Source of the DNA: the human T2T-CHM13v2.0 reference genome, Homo sapiens
Length of the DNA: 64,000 nt
Reading direction: 5' to 3' (one strand)
NCBI RefSeq assembly: GCF_009914755.1
Contig: NC_060936.1
A program made the position numbers and the translations under genes. Below the pieces are notes generated by a model. The model had not been told where the DNA came from, made no database searches, and saw only the letters and a list, made by a program, of their open reading frames with translations. Shown piece after piece: positions 26,101 through 40,613 of the stretch (positions within the stretch are counted from its first letter, which is position 1; every line of letters starts with the position of its first letter).

Positions 26101-27261
26101 CTTGGGATACGCAGTTGAGTACACAGCTGGTGGGCCTATTACTGGGGACATGGAGACACATGGCTCTTCCTCTTTCCCTTGGCAGATGGTGCTGGTTGCA
26201 GGAGCATGTCCAAGTAGGGCTAGGACTGAGGCCAAAGGGGAATGGGGCTATTTCTGAGTTTGTAGTTAGGACCATGGTCAATGAGCCTAACTTGGGCATG
26301 AGTGTGCATTCTCAAAACAGCCTTCCTTGATCTTGAGCTCTACCAGGGTTATGCAGTCTCCTACTTTTGTTCCAAAGCTCCCACAAAGGCACTTTTGAAC
26401 ATGAATGGCTGCCAAATTGTTGCTACTGTGGGGGGATATCAGTGGGGACCTCTTATTCCACCATCTTGCTGACATTCTTTCCTGATCTCCTTTTTAAAAT
26501 TTGCTTTTGAAGTTCTAAATCCCAGGTCTTAGAAACTCAAAAGTCAAAACTATTGACATTTTTATTCGTTGTCCTAAATTGCCTAAAGTGTTGCCTAAAC
26601 GGGAGAATGAATCATATGTGAACAGGAAGTATGGCAAAATAAAATTAAACCAAGCAACCAACCCCCCACCACCAAAAAAAAAAAAAACAACTCTCCCAAA
26701 CACATAAAGTAGGTGTTTATAACAAAACTAGACAAATGAATAGAACTGGAACTTAACTACTAACTCAAGCCCATGAGCCAAAAGTCTGGTTGCCAAAGCC
26801 AAGAAAATGATCCAAAACTTAGACAGGTTGTTATATAGCTATGTGTCTATTTTTTAAAATTCATGAGCTTAGAAAGGTTTAAATAGTCATGAATTGAAAA
26901 TGAAGTATAGTAATCACTGAAAATGAGAGATCAGAAACAGGTCTAGAATAATTTTAAAGGCACATTAAAGGTAATGACTTCAAAGACAATAAATTCTTGC
27001 CTCTGGTTTATATTCAGGCTCTGTAGTTATAGATGAGAGACAAGTTTTTAGTAGTTAAAGGTAAGGAATGGATAGAAGTTCTGGCTACTAAGTTGATATA
27101 CAACTGTAAAGTGGGACCTACTGGATCCGGATTTGATATATAGCAAAAACTGAAAGAGATTCCTTATTTTAAACTCAGATCTTTATAAGAAAAATGTAAT
27201 GGATTAAAAACAGATGCAACTACACTTAAGAACAGATTATGTACAGTTTATATAGACTAAG

Positions 27262-27530
27262 AGTGGTGTAGTACAGTGATTGTGAACATGGACCCTGAAG
27301 TCATAGAGCTTGAGCTAGAAACTTGGTTTTATCACTTACTAATCTTTTCACCTTAAGGAAATTGCTTTGCCTCTTTGAATTTCTGTTTATCTGCAAAAAA
27401 TGGGAATAATAATAGTAGCCACCCAATAGGGTTATTTTCAGGATTCAAAGTTTGAATGAATGAATTTACTTGAAATATTTTAGTAAGTCCTCAACAAAAT
27501 TTACTTACAGTAATATTATTATCATCATTA
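27262..27530 (+). mobile_element. MIR
   Basis: Core CACTTACTA...ATCTGCAAAAAATGGGAATAATAATAGTA. Confidence 0.7.
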
Positions 27531-27630
27531 TTATGTGATATTCTGTGTATTCACGGGATTAACTTCCAACCCTTCCCACTAGAATATTGGCAAAATCCTT
27601 ACGGATGTGTCACTAAGTGAAATGTATTGA

Positions 27631-28468
<838 letters not shown>

Positions 28469-28774
28469 GAAGTGTATGATTTTTTGTCTTTCCTTTTTAA
28501 ATGTATTCCACTGATTCTTTGGCATTTGCTGACTCTCCTCTATGTTCTGTGCGAATTCACCTTCCATTCTTGTTTGTGTCTGAGTGGTTACTTTGCATTG
28601 TCAGGAGTATCTCCACCTCCTTCCCACCCACAGAGGATTATCAGTATTTCCATCAGAACTTGCTTAGATTCCATCCTTTCAATTGTAATCAGCATCAATT
28701 GTATGTTTCCAGCTTTCTTCCCATTTAGGATTGTCAGAATTTGTGCAGTTGCTGAAACTTAGAGAGTTGGAGTT

Positions 28775-28875
28775 TTTTCATTCACCAGTATTTATTGAAC
28801 TCCTCATATGTACCAGGTAATGTGCCAGGTGCTAAAGTACAGGGTTCCTGCTCTCATGGAGCTTTCAGAGTAGAC
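28775..28875 (-). mobile_element. L2 3' end fragment
   Basis: TTCATTCACCAGTATTTATTGAA..GTGCCAGGTGCT..CCTGCTCTCATGGAGCTT. Confidence 0.7.
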
Positions 28876-30628
28876 AGGCTCTGTAAAATGCCTGTTATTG
28901 TTGTCCTCTCCCCAGGGATGGCTGAGGTGCATTTCTCCCTGCCCAGCCTCCTTGTTCTGCAAGTTCTCTGACATGTTAATGATGTGGGAGAAAGTTTCAT
29001 ACTCTGCTTTAGCATAGAGGTGAGAGCAAAGAGATGCCCATTATCTCCTTTACTGCACAGAACTCATTCACTCCATAATTCTTGTTGTTGTGTTGCAACA
29101 TTGCCTCTTGGCTCCAGCGGCACTTGTGAAGGATGAAGCCTTCTCGTTTTTGCCATTTCTTGCTCATTTGTGTGTGTGTGTGAGAGAGAGAGAGAGATGC
29201 ACTAGGACACTTGGCTTCTCTAAGAGCGTTTATATTGTATTATAAAATGAATTATATTGAAATGTATGGACTTGATATTGAAATATATGGACTTTGTATA
29301 CTAGAGAGTTTGTGAACCAGATAAACTGAGGTTACAACCCCAAGTCTTCAGTTTGTTAGCCATGTGTCTTTAATCAGTATTATTCTATAAAGTTCTCAGA
29401 CTACTATTTTCTCTTCTATAAAAGGGACAAATACCTCTCACTTTGGATGACTGCTATAAGAAAAGAGACAATGATTGTAGAGTCCCTGGTGTAGTGCCTC
29501 AAATTTAGCACTGGAAAAAATGAAAGCTCATATATTGCCTTATGCAATTGATCCTCTTATTTGTGTTCTATGCTATAAAAGTCTATCAATATTTGATTAT
29601 ATGCCATAAAATTTCTGGGCATGATTCAGAGATTAAGAGAAAATATCAAGATAGCATTACCTTTGGGGCAGGGAAATCCACGGAGGAAAAGAAAAAAAAA
29701 ATACGAAGAAGGTAAGAGAGTAAGAAAGATCATAGTCAGGGATTTTTTTGGTTGTAAGACATAAAAGTCCAATCAATCTAGCTTAAACCAAGATGAGTTT
29801 ATTAAAAAGACTCTCAGCTATTAAAAAGGATTTAGGGTCAGAAAATGTGTATGTACTTCATGAAAAAATGGAAAGTTGTCAACAATTAGGGAGTATTTGT
29901 TCTCTCTTATGTTCTTGTTCTTGTTTTTGCTTTTACTTGTCACATGGCCTCATGTTTCTAATTGTTTCTGAATGTTTGTTACTTTGTTTTCTTCTGTCTG
30001 AAGTCTGATTCTTTCTGCTTCCTCATCAGCATGATTACACCCAAATGACCACCCTAGTTCCTGACATGTCAGTATCTTTTTAGCTTTTGCTGACTCTCAG
30101 TACTGCGATTCTTAGTTCAAGTTCACAAGTGAGTGGATCTGATGGGACTAGTAAAAGGGGCACATGTCCACCTGCAATCCAATCAGCTTATAGCCAAGGA
30201 GGAAGGAGGTCATGTGATATAAACAACTGGGACTGTAGAGTGAAGAGGCAGCTCTCAGACAAGAGGGCATGAGCTGGGCAGGCACCCTAAAATTTGTTGA
30301 TGACAAACAAGCCAAATACCTAGGATGGCTTTAATTGAGAGTTGGCTGCTGAGGAACAGTTTGGAAAAGTACCTTATGGCAAAGATCATGTGTGTGTTTG
30401 TGTGTGCATGTGTGCGTGGGTAATGGGGGTGGAGAATCAGGCGAGAGAGAACAGAATGTACTTTATAGAAACAAGGCCTAAACAGGAAGGAAACTAATCT
30501 TCCAGATACCAAAAATGGATCTAAGAACAGTAGCTTCTCCTAGGGCTGGAGGATGGAAATCGTTTGGACTATCCAGAAAACTGGATCCTGGAGGAGGACA
30601 GGATCTATAAGAAAAGCCTTCTGATTCA

Positions 30629-30630
<2 letters not shown>

Positions 30631-30676
<46 letters not shown>

Positions 30677-30692
30677 CAGACAGAGAGAGAGA
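30631..30692. repeat. (GT)22 plus GA-rich microsatellite
   Basis: Perfect GT run 30631-30674. Confidence 0.97.
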
Positions 30693-32744
30693 CAGGGCTC
30701 TTAGTAACAATTTCTTGGTGCAGCTTTAGCTTGTGTACGTAGAGTGGGCTTCCTGTACCTTCAAGAGGCCCAGATCATTCCAGCCCTTCAAACTTTTATG
30801 TAAAGTAAACAATAAAATGAGAGTAAACAATAACAAAGAGAAAGTTAATAGAAATAAATGACAGAAGAGAGATATTAACTGTTTGGTACATTACACTTAG
30901 ACTAAATTAAGAGCTTGGAAACTATGTCAGATATATTAACCTTTTAAAAACTTCCATCCAGAAATTCCCATCCAATATGGTCAGTTAGCTGTGTCATTGG
31001 GTAGTGTGTTTGTGTTGGCCAGAAATGGAAAGGAGAGAAAGAGTTACTACCTGAAAAGAATTGGAAGAGAAATGTTTGGGTCCAGGGATTCCTTTTTTTT
31101 TCCTGAAAAAAATTGTTTTTTCTTTTTTACTCTTGGTTGGGTGGTAACAAAGAATGCACTCAAGCTCTAACAATAAATGAGTTGTGTCAAATCCAGCACA
31201 TGTTTCCAAGCAGAATTTAAAAATATGTAGAGTTGTAAGAAAGTGTTAGCGATTATTTTTGGGGAATACGATTGAAGTAACTTGAGGAAGGAGTAGGAAG
31301 AGGGATGCTACTTTTTATTTTATACTGCTTTGTAGTACCTGACTAAAAAAAAAATTAAAAAGTATATGTTAACTTTATAAGAAAACACAAATATTGTCTA
31401 AGTTAAAAATTCACAAAAATACGTAAATACTAATAATACCTAATCTTTCTGGCTTGGTTGGGGAGTTAGGTTTTTGTGTAAATGTTTAAAAAAAAAACTG
31501 AAGCTATTGTAACTATTTTAAGTGAAAATCTCTCTAAGGTACATACTACTCCCTTGCTTTCTTAAAAAGAAAATGTATTGATGATTCAGGAATATGATGA
31601 TCAAAGTGTGGAGAAACTCAAAAAAGGCTACAAACTTCAGTATCTTGAATTTTATGTAAATATCTAATCTAAAATAGTAAAACAGCATGATGCACAATTA
31701 TGACATAAGTTATTCTTTTAAGAGTACAGTGTGCATGGTTCCAGGATTCTGGAATAAGGATATGGAAACAATGAAAAAATAAAAGTTAAGTAATAATGAC
31801 CCCATCAAAGCCAACTGTTCTTAAGTATTTTAATATTGAATTGAGAAAAGGATAATACTGTTTCATTGCTGTTATAATCATGGCACTATTTTTTAAAATG
31901 ACTGGAAACCAAATCAAATCCAATATGTTGCCTAGCAACTATGAGACACAAATACTTTACTTTGTTTCTTAAGCTGACATTAAAACACTACCAAAGATTC
32001 CTAAAAATACCTGCCTTAGAGTTCAGTTCTCAGCTAATCTCTTTAGTTCTCAAACATCGTTTTTTCCCCATTAGAACATCTGACATTAAAATTCCTAATA
32101 TTCACTTTAGCAAGTACATCAGTAATTCATCAACTTTTTCTTCTTTTTAAATCTTTAGACTGTGCCTGCTATTTAAGTTACTTGTAATATTAGCACTTTA
32201 AAATGAAAAATCAAATGCCTAAAACATAAATAACTTAGCAAGATTTTTCTCTTGGCTTAGAGCATAATTGTAAGACGGCATATAGCTCAAAAGTTTTGGT
32301 GCTCAGCTGTGTGCTGAAGAAAGTATTTCCAAGTCTTTTACAAGTGAATTCCCACTAACTGGGCCCTCATCCTACAGAAACATGGTTTGTGGGGGAGGAG
32401 GAGGGAGTCTGTTTATAGCTCCATCACTCATGCTGTGTCATCAGAGCTGGATTATAAAAAGTTATGTCTTCTAGATCAGAGCCTTGCCTAAATAGGAAGT
32501 CTAGAAATCACCTAAACAAAGAGATGGCTATGCAACTCCCTGAAGGGGAGTTAGTTTATACTCCTGCTATGAGAACTATCAGCAAGTCACCGTTTTTTTG
32601 GAAATGGATTTTAAAAAACATTCAATATTTTAACAATAATGAATTATGTTTAGTTTCATTTACGTGGAGAAAAATGAAGGCAAATCACGTGGAGAAGATG
32701 TAATGTGAATAGAGATATAAGTACTACTTGTTTAAATTCAGAGA

Positions 32745-32985
32745 AATAATAATTATGATGCTCGCAAGTATTTACTGAGCATTTATTATGGGCTAAACAC
32801 TAGGTAACTGCCTTACATTTAATCCTTATAACACCATGTAAACTGGTAGCTAGTGCTGCTCAGCTTAAATATGAAGAATTAATGGAGAGAAAGTTTAGGT
32901 ATCTTGCTCAAGGTACACAAGGAAAGTGGCAGAGCTAGTTTCAAACCTGAGCCTATCCTGGTTCCAAAGTTCTTGTTCTTGACCA
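32745..32985 (-). mobile_element. MIR
   Basis: TATTTACTGAGCATTTA..CTTGCTCAAGGTACACA..GTGGCAGAGCT. Confidence 0.7.
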
Positions 32986-33429
32986 GGAAAGTGCAGTTAA
33001 GTACGGCTTTATTGTTCAGTATCAGCTAAAACCGGCCTATATTAAAAATTTTTATTCTGTTTTGAAGTTTTGTTAAGATGATCAGATAATCAAAAGATTA
33101 ACAAACTTACTGGCAACTAGACCATTTGTTTTTGCTTAATTTAATCAAGTTTTAAAAATTCATAATCAACCTATCTTATAATAGTTTCATCTTATGCATG
33201 TGGGCTTTATACCAATTCATCTTATTTTCCTCCTGTGCTTTATATAATTTTATTCTCCTAGAGCTTAGTTCAGAGCATAAATATAAATGCTCAACAAAAA
33301 TGTGTTGGATGAGTGAATGCAGTTTACATGTAGATCTTAGTGTGATTAATTTCAGTAGTTGAGCCTTTCAGTATATATTGACTTTGTCAAGGTCTGGATG
33401 AGGTATCCAAACTAAGAGCACCATGAATT

Positions 33430-33670
33430 ACAGTAATAGTTAATGCATCTATAGTGCTTCATAGGCGTCAGACTCTGTTTTAAGTGCTTCACATACATTA
33501 GTTCATCTAATCCTGTCAATAACCTTAATGAGATAGGCGCTAGTATCTCAATTTTATAGATGAGAAATTTGAGGCAGAGAGAGGTTAAGGAATTGTCCAA
33601 GTTCATATAGATTGTAAATTGTACAGCCAGGATTTGAACCTAGGTTCTTGTGGCTCCAGAGACTTAACAT
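33430..33670 (-). mobile_element. MIR
   Basis: ATTTTATAGATGAGAAATTTGAGGCAGAGAGAGGTTAAG. Confidence 0.8.
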
Positions 33671-33845
33671 CTATAGCTTACAGCTTTGATAGGATCAAAA
33701 AGAGAAGAATTGAATTGTACCAAGTTGGCTGGGAAGCATCAAGTTGTCTTTCCCTTCCCTTTCTCTTCATCTAACCTCATATCCCATTCCCTGCCTCACC
33801 CCAATCCCTTCTCTCACTTCCAAAGTGAAATACACCTAGAGTGAC

Positions 33846-34287
33846 TGTCTTAGTTAGTTTGGGCTGCTGGAACAAGTTATTAGGTTGGTGCAAAAGTCAT
33901 TGTAGTTTTTGTAATAATTAGTTGGTACAAAAGTAATTGCGTGATAACTTTTGCACCAACCTAAATACTATAGACTGAGTGACTTATAAACAACAGAAAT
34001 TTATTTCTCATCATTCTGGAGGTGGAAGTCAGAGATCAGGGTGCCAGCATGTCTGGGTTCTGGTGAGAACCAGCTTGCTGGTTTCCAGACTATTGTATCC
34101 TCAAATAGCAGAAAGAGGGCAAAAGAGCTCCCTATAGTCTTTTCATAGGGGCACTAATCCTATTCGTGAGGGCTCTAACCTCATGACTTAATTACCCTCA
34201 AAGGCCTCACCTCCTAATACCATCACACAGGGAGTTAGGACCTTAACATGTGAATTTTGGGAGGATATAAACATTTACTCCATTGCA
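33846..34287 (-). mobile_element. MLT1A-like LTR
   Basis: TGTCTTAGT..CAACAGAAATTTATTTCTCA..GATCAGGGTGCCAGCATG..CCTCCTAATACCATCAC. Confidence 0.85.
33880..33964. mobile_element. MADE1 (Hsmar1-derived MITE), atypical
   Basis: TA|TTAGGTTGGTGCAAAAGT ... ACTTTTGCACCAACCTAA mariner TIRs. Confidence 0.92.
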
Positions 34288-34902
34288 ACAACCAAATTAT
34301 GTGTTAAATAGACAGGTCACTTTGGACAGTACAAGGCAATGCCAATTGGATGGAACACCAGAACAACAGGCATCAACCCAGATGCCCTGGAAACTGGGAT
34401 TTAGGATCACTATATATATGCTTTGGATTTGTTTTGTCCTTTTCTTTAGTGTTTGCAGTTGTATGGAGTAAGCACATTTAAATGGATGAACCAAATTTGA
34501 TTTTATCAGCCCCTATGCAAGGATATAAAGCTGTGTGCAATATTTACAATTAAAAAAAGCTGGAATGTATAACCTTATGCTTTCATATTCTACACATATG
34601 TGTGGTAACCTTTGCTAGGTAAAAAGTATGCATATTTATAGCTTTGGTAGACACTGCTAAATCACACTCCAAAAGGGTTTTACCAGTACCTACTCCTGTC
34701 AACATGAGTGAGAGTGCCCATTCCCAATAGACTTGCCAACAGAGTATGCAATAAAAGTTTTAGATCTTTATCTTCCTGATAGGTGAAAAATGATATTTCA
34801 ATGTGAAGTTTATTTGCATTTCTCATTTTAATTTCCTTTTCTATAAACTGTCTATTTGTAGTCTTTTCTACTTTTTTTTTTCTATTCAGTGGATGGCTTT
34901 AC

Positions 34903-35260
<358 letters not shown>

Positions 35261-35829
35261 TAAAAACCCACGATGGTTTCTTCTGTAACTTTTTAATTTT
35301 ATTTCTTACATTTTTATAATTGATCCATCAAAATTCATTAAGTGTAAAGGTGGCACAGATAGAATAAACTTGTTCTTTAGATGACTGCTCAGTTTCCCAA
35401 CACCGTTTATAAATCCATTTTCCTCTCAAAATTTCTAATGCCATTTTATTGTAGACTAAATACTGTTAGGTATTTACATCTAATTGTCGGCTTCCATAGT
35501 GTTTCATTGATTTCTCTGTTTAGTCAAGTGCAGGTACAGATTGTTTCAATTATTATAGCTTTATTATATATTTTAAATACCTAATAAGTCTAGTCCCTCC
35601 ACTTTATACCTCTTTTCCAGAATTCTTCTGTTTTGTATGTTCATTTTATATAAAAACTTTGGAATAAGCTTGCTCAGTTGAAAAAAAATTGTCTAGTTAT
35701 TTAATAATATCAAGTTAATTGTATAAATTATGGTGGAGAAAATTGGCATTCTTGTTATAACTGTACCTTCCTATCCAAGAACATGGTATGCCTTTCCACC
35801 TGTCTAAGTCTTCTGTGGTTCCCTTTCTC

Positions 35830-36110
35830 AGTGTTTTAAAAAATGTCTTCCACAGAAAGATAAATACTACATGTTCTCACTTATAAGCGGGAGCTAAATA
35901 ATGTGTACACATGCAAGTAGAGTGTGGAATGCTAGATGGTGGAGACTCTGGGGTGGGATGAGATTGGGGTGGATAATGAGAAATGAGTAAAATGCATGTT
36001 ACTCCAGTGATGGATATGCTAAAAGCCCTGACTTCAACACTGTGCAGTATATCAATGTAATGAAATTATGCTTTCACTCCATACATTTATATAAATAAAA
36101 ATAAATCTTT
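35830..36110 (+). mobile_element. L1PB/L1MA 3' end
   Basis: CATGTTCTCACTTATAAGCGGGAGCTAAA..CTAAAAGCCCTGACTTCA..AATAAAAATAAA. Confidence 0.75.
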
Positions 36111-36330
36111 AAATAATAAATCTTCATATACATTTTGCAAATTTTGTTACATTTATTCCTTGGAATTTTTGTCAGATTTTTTTCATTATATTTCCTAATG
36201 TGTGGATACATAAAAATTTTTTTTAATTGGCTTACAAATACACACACACATATATCCCAAACCCCAAACCATACATAAAATAAGTAAGTTCTCTCTCTCC
36301 ATAAAACCTAAAACTATTAAGGTTTTATAT

Positions 36331-36416
36331 TCTATCTGTCTATCTATCTATCTATCTATCATCTATCATCTATCTATCTATCTATCTATCATCTATCTGT
36401 CTATCTGTCTATCTAT
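36331..36416. repeat. Compound (TCTA)n/(TCTG) tetranucleotide STR (GATA class)
   Basis: TCTA runs interrupted by TCA and TCTG. Confidence 0.95.
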
Positions 36417-37935
36417 GTTTGCACGTAGCCTACAGACCACCTGTTATTCTTTGGAGTTTAATATTCTGATAAACAGGAATATATAAGAAGCAAAAATATG
36501 AAAATCATTACACATATATTAGTTTTTGTATATTTCTTTAAGCTATCCCAGGGCCTTCCTTCCATTTATAGTTAGGCTGTGAATTGTTTCCAATTCATTA
36601 GGAAAAATGCTCTTTCAGCCAGCTGGTAAAGTCAGGAGCATGCCAATTTAAATTTATTTTCTTCCCTTTTTTTTCTACCTCCTGTTCCTCAGGAGTATCA
36701 AGGTATGTCAGTGACATCAGCTGGTACATTCTAACTTCTTTCAGAAAAGAGAGAAAAAAAAAACCTGAAAAATGCACTGTTCAAACTCCTTTGGCTCCTT
36801 GGTCCCAGAGGAAAATTTGGGGAATCATTTCTCTCTGTGGTACAATCTTGTTGGATGCAGACCACGTTTACTCAACTTAAGAAAGGGGACACATATTCCC
36901 TTTTTAACAAATGTGTTTGATCTCACAGGATTCCATAGTCATTATAGTGAAAGAGAAACAGAACCTTGTGTTGAGACCACACGACTCCCTTCTTACCCAC
37001 AGTTATTCTGCTTACTGACACCGTTTTGCCATTCTCTTCGGTTGTCTCTTCTGGGCTCATGCTGCTGAGTGAAGATTTTTTCTTTTGCCTTTCTTGGTGA
37101 CTGTACTAACATTGCTTCCAGAGGAGAGGTGTTGACACATAACTGACATCCCCAAGGCCCAGCCTGCAGGAGACTGTGACTCTCACACCTATCTTTCTTT
37201 CTTTCTTTTCTTTTTTGGTTGAGGCTGGTCTTGTTTGATTTCTACCCCAAATGTGATTTTTAGAACATTTGAGGAAAATCTTTTCAGAAAGTGAAACAAA
37301 ATGGAAAAAAAAAAAAAAAGAGATTCTCCCCTCACCATCCAAAATCTTTGTTATGATTTTGTTCCTGAAGATAATTTTAGAAAATCATTTCTGTATCATG
37401 GGAACACACATTTGTCCCTGGTTCTTGACAGCTCAAAGTGTTCAAGATGGGGACTTCTCTAAACAAGTGGCTTAATGTGAAGATGATTTTGAATGTTTGG
37501 AAATTCCATGCTCGATGTGTGGAGGAGAAAGTGTCACTATGTTAGGAGGTGAATATTTCCACTTGGACTGAATGCACACCAATGTCTTTCAAAGGAAATA
37601 TTAACTGTACAATAGTTAGAAATGCAATTAGGATTTGATGTTTCTAGTCAAATAGTGCCATAAGGCAGCTCTGGAAGTCAGACAGACCTAGTTGGAAACT
37701 CTGGCTTCACAACATAGAAGGGTCATGAGCTTAGGTTTAATCCTTAATCTAGACCTCATCTTCTTTAATCATTAATGGTATTTGTGTGTGTGTGTGTAAA
37801 TGCTAACTTTAATTTGGTCGAATTAGCTAAGATATATAGAAACACCTAACCAAGTAGTTAAAAAATAGTAGACATTATTTTAAGTTTTAAAAATGGCCAT
37901 GGTAAGAATGTAACATAAACATTAAAAAATCTGAA

Positions 37936-38234
37936 GCCTGGGTGCGGTGGCTCAATCTTGTAATCCCAGCAGTTTGGGAGGCTGAGGCGCCCACTTTGGG
38001 GCGGATCATGAGGTCAAGACATCAAGACCATCCTGACCAACATGGTGAAAGCCAGTCTCTATTAAAAATACAAAAATTAGCTGGCTGTGGTGGTGCGTGC
38101 CTGTAGTCCCAGCTACTCAGGAGGCTGAGGCAGGAGAATCGCTTGAACCCAGGGGTGGAGGTTGCAGTGGGCCAAGATCATGCCACTGCACTCCAGCATG
38201 GTGACAGAGCAAGACTCAGTCTTAAAAAAAAAAA
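37936..38234 (+). mobile_element. AluSc-like
   Basis: GGATCATGAGGTCAAGA and the shortened CCAGCATGGTGACAG motif; TSD AAAAAATCTG. Confidence 0.85.
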
Positions 38235-38769
38235 ATCTGGAATATATTAAGTACCATCACAAAGTCAGAACTGTTAGTATAATACATTGCCAAGGCTCAG
38301 CTTTTAGGAGACTATTGCTGTCGCATCTATCTTTCTTTTTTTTCTGGCTGAGGCTGGCCCTATTTGATTCAACAGTGAGCTGCTAGTATTATGAAGACAA
38401 AACAGTGTGGAGGCCATCTCCTTGGGAGCAATTGGGAACCACAGGGGAAGAATCCCAAACAATGGTAGGCTCCCTAAAACTACTGCTGCCATAAACCAAA
38501 CATTTTTACATTTATAGTGTGGCAAGGAAAGTTGGCTGGACTTTTTTCAATGGGAATTTACTAAATGTATGTAAAAAATACCTAGAAAATATATGAATTC
38601 AATCCCCATCCCCAAGAAAATTATTGTCTCATTGAGTTACTCAGTGAGGGAACTCAAAATATCAATAAATAAAGCAAAGAAACCCAGCCTTGTACTGAAC
38701 TGAATTATGTACTGAATTTCAAAATGTGCTTCCAATGTAAAGGGTGCCAAAACCAAATAGAGAGTCCCT

Positions 38770-39430
38770 GTTCAGATATTGTGGAGCTCTATTGCTTCTG
38801 TTTGCCTGAGATCACTATCCCCCTTCTCTGTCTGCTTTTTTTTTTTTTTTTTTTTTGGTGGGGGCAGAGGGGAGGGGAACAGCTTTTCTCCAATTACAAT
38901 AGTGTGGTTTTAGAAGGGACTATCAATCATTGTTTCCTGACTTGTTCTTTATACACTCCGCAAGCTTGTCCCCATGCAGGGATAGACAAGAGACCTGGGT
39001 TATACTAGCGGATTACCTTACTGCGCACAGGGATTGGTCATAAAATGAGGGAATGACTCAAGTTAGGCCAAATGGCATCCTTTCCTGGGTATTGCTGAGC
39101 TGGAATCAGAGAAAATTTTTTTTCTCTTGGTGGTGAAGCTAGTAAGATGTGAGTCTGGGGATGATGATAGACATACTTTCAGTTTTATGAACAAATCTGT
39201 AAGAATGATGTCAATGGGCAGAGAGAAGCAGAGATGGCAGAGAGAAACAGAGAGAGAGAGAGAGAGAAGTGAGGCCATGGTTCCAGTTGTTGCTGACATT
39301 GAGTTTTGAGTTGGTTTCCTGTCATTCTCAGTCAGAGTTCGAAGTTAAGTGGTTCCATCCTGTATGGCGTTGCCTACCTCATTTTCCTATTTTGCTCATC
39401 AGGATTATGACCGCAAGTCCCACGGAGTCT
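38770..39430 (+). mobile_element. Old MLT1K/L-like LTR
   Basis: GATTGGTC..ATGACTCAAGTTAGGCCAA..TAAGATGTGAGTCTGG..GAGAAGCAGAGA. Confidence 0.5.
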
Positions 39431-39851
39431 GAGTCATGCTGTTCATGTAACAATCTCCAAAGGAGTCCCTTTACATCAGACCACGAAAAGATTAGTTGAA
39501 AAGAACCGAAATAAGGATACTAATTGAATTTATTTAATTGACTATATAATCTTCTCCTTTTTTATATTTAGAAGGATAGTCCTAGTTTCAACACGTACTG
39601 GATTTATGACTTGGGGTAAGTGACCTAATTTTTCTACACTTCTTTGCATAGCTGTAAAATGGGTATAATGAATACATGCCTTACCTAAGAATAGTGTAGT
39701 ATAAGATAATGGTTGAGAACATGGTCTCTGGGAGAAAGACTTCCTAGAGTCAAGTCCTCTTTCTACCATTTACTTGTATTTGGTTTGTTGTGAACTTGAG
39801 CAAGACACTTTGTCTTTAGATTCCTTAGTTTCCTTATTTGTAAAATGGTAA

Positions 39852-40206
39852 TATTGTGGACTACATGTTTATGTCTTCCCAAATTTCATATTTTAAAATC
39901 CTAACCCCCAGTGGGATGGTATTAGGAGGTGGGACCTTTGGGAGTTAATTAGGTTTAGATGAGGTCATGAGAATGGCGCCTCAGTAATAGGATTAGTATC
40001 CTTATAAGAGAAAGAGACTAAAGCTCACTCTTTAGGCCACATGAGGATACATGGAGAACATGGCTGTCTACAAACCGAGAAGGGTGCCCTCATTAGACAC
40101 TGAGTTGGCTGATGCCTTCACAGTCTCCAAAACTGTGAGCAACAAGTGTTTGATGTTAAAACCAGCCAGCCTGTGGCATTCTGTTATAGCTACCTGAACT
40201 AAGATA
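39852..40206 (+). mobile_element. MLT1A/MSTD-like solo LTR inserted in a MIR
   Basis: CCTAACCCCCAG..GGTATTAGGAGGTGGG..GAACTAAGATA; TSD GGTAA/GGCAA. Confidence 0.85.
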
Positions 40207-40613
40207 GGCAATAACAATATTTACCTTATAAAGTTGTTTACACATTTAGTGAGTTAATGTATTTAAAGCTGTTCACATAACAAGTGAGATATATATATAA
40301 TGTTAATGATTCTTATAATTACATTATTCAATTGTAACAGAGATTAACTAGAAGCCTTATCACAATGCCTTCTTCGCTGTAAACACTCTGTCTAGCTCTA
40401 CACTGGCAGTTAGCATATCACTCCGATTAATTTTAATAAGGTAACACTTTTGCTGTGTTATACTTGTACTAAAACACCTTCAGTAGCTGCCTATCACCTG
40501 TAGATAATCATACTCCTTAGGCCATCTCTGCCCGAATCATTCTAGTCTATTTTCCAGGATTGCCTCACATGACCACTTCACTTAGTTAAACAATTTTCTC
40601 ATCATTCATTATC

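Larger units (their letters stand above)
19735..26480 (-). mobile_element. Near-full-length old L1MA-type LINE (L1MA8/9-like) with deletions
   Basis: 3' end CAGCTTTATTAAGGTAT; ORF2 motifs; ORF1 remnant (QKRTSPRHIIIKLSK, ORF 24566-24757); 5' start is the reverse complement of GTCAGCAAGATGGTGGAATAAG. Confidence 0.88.
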
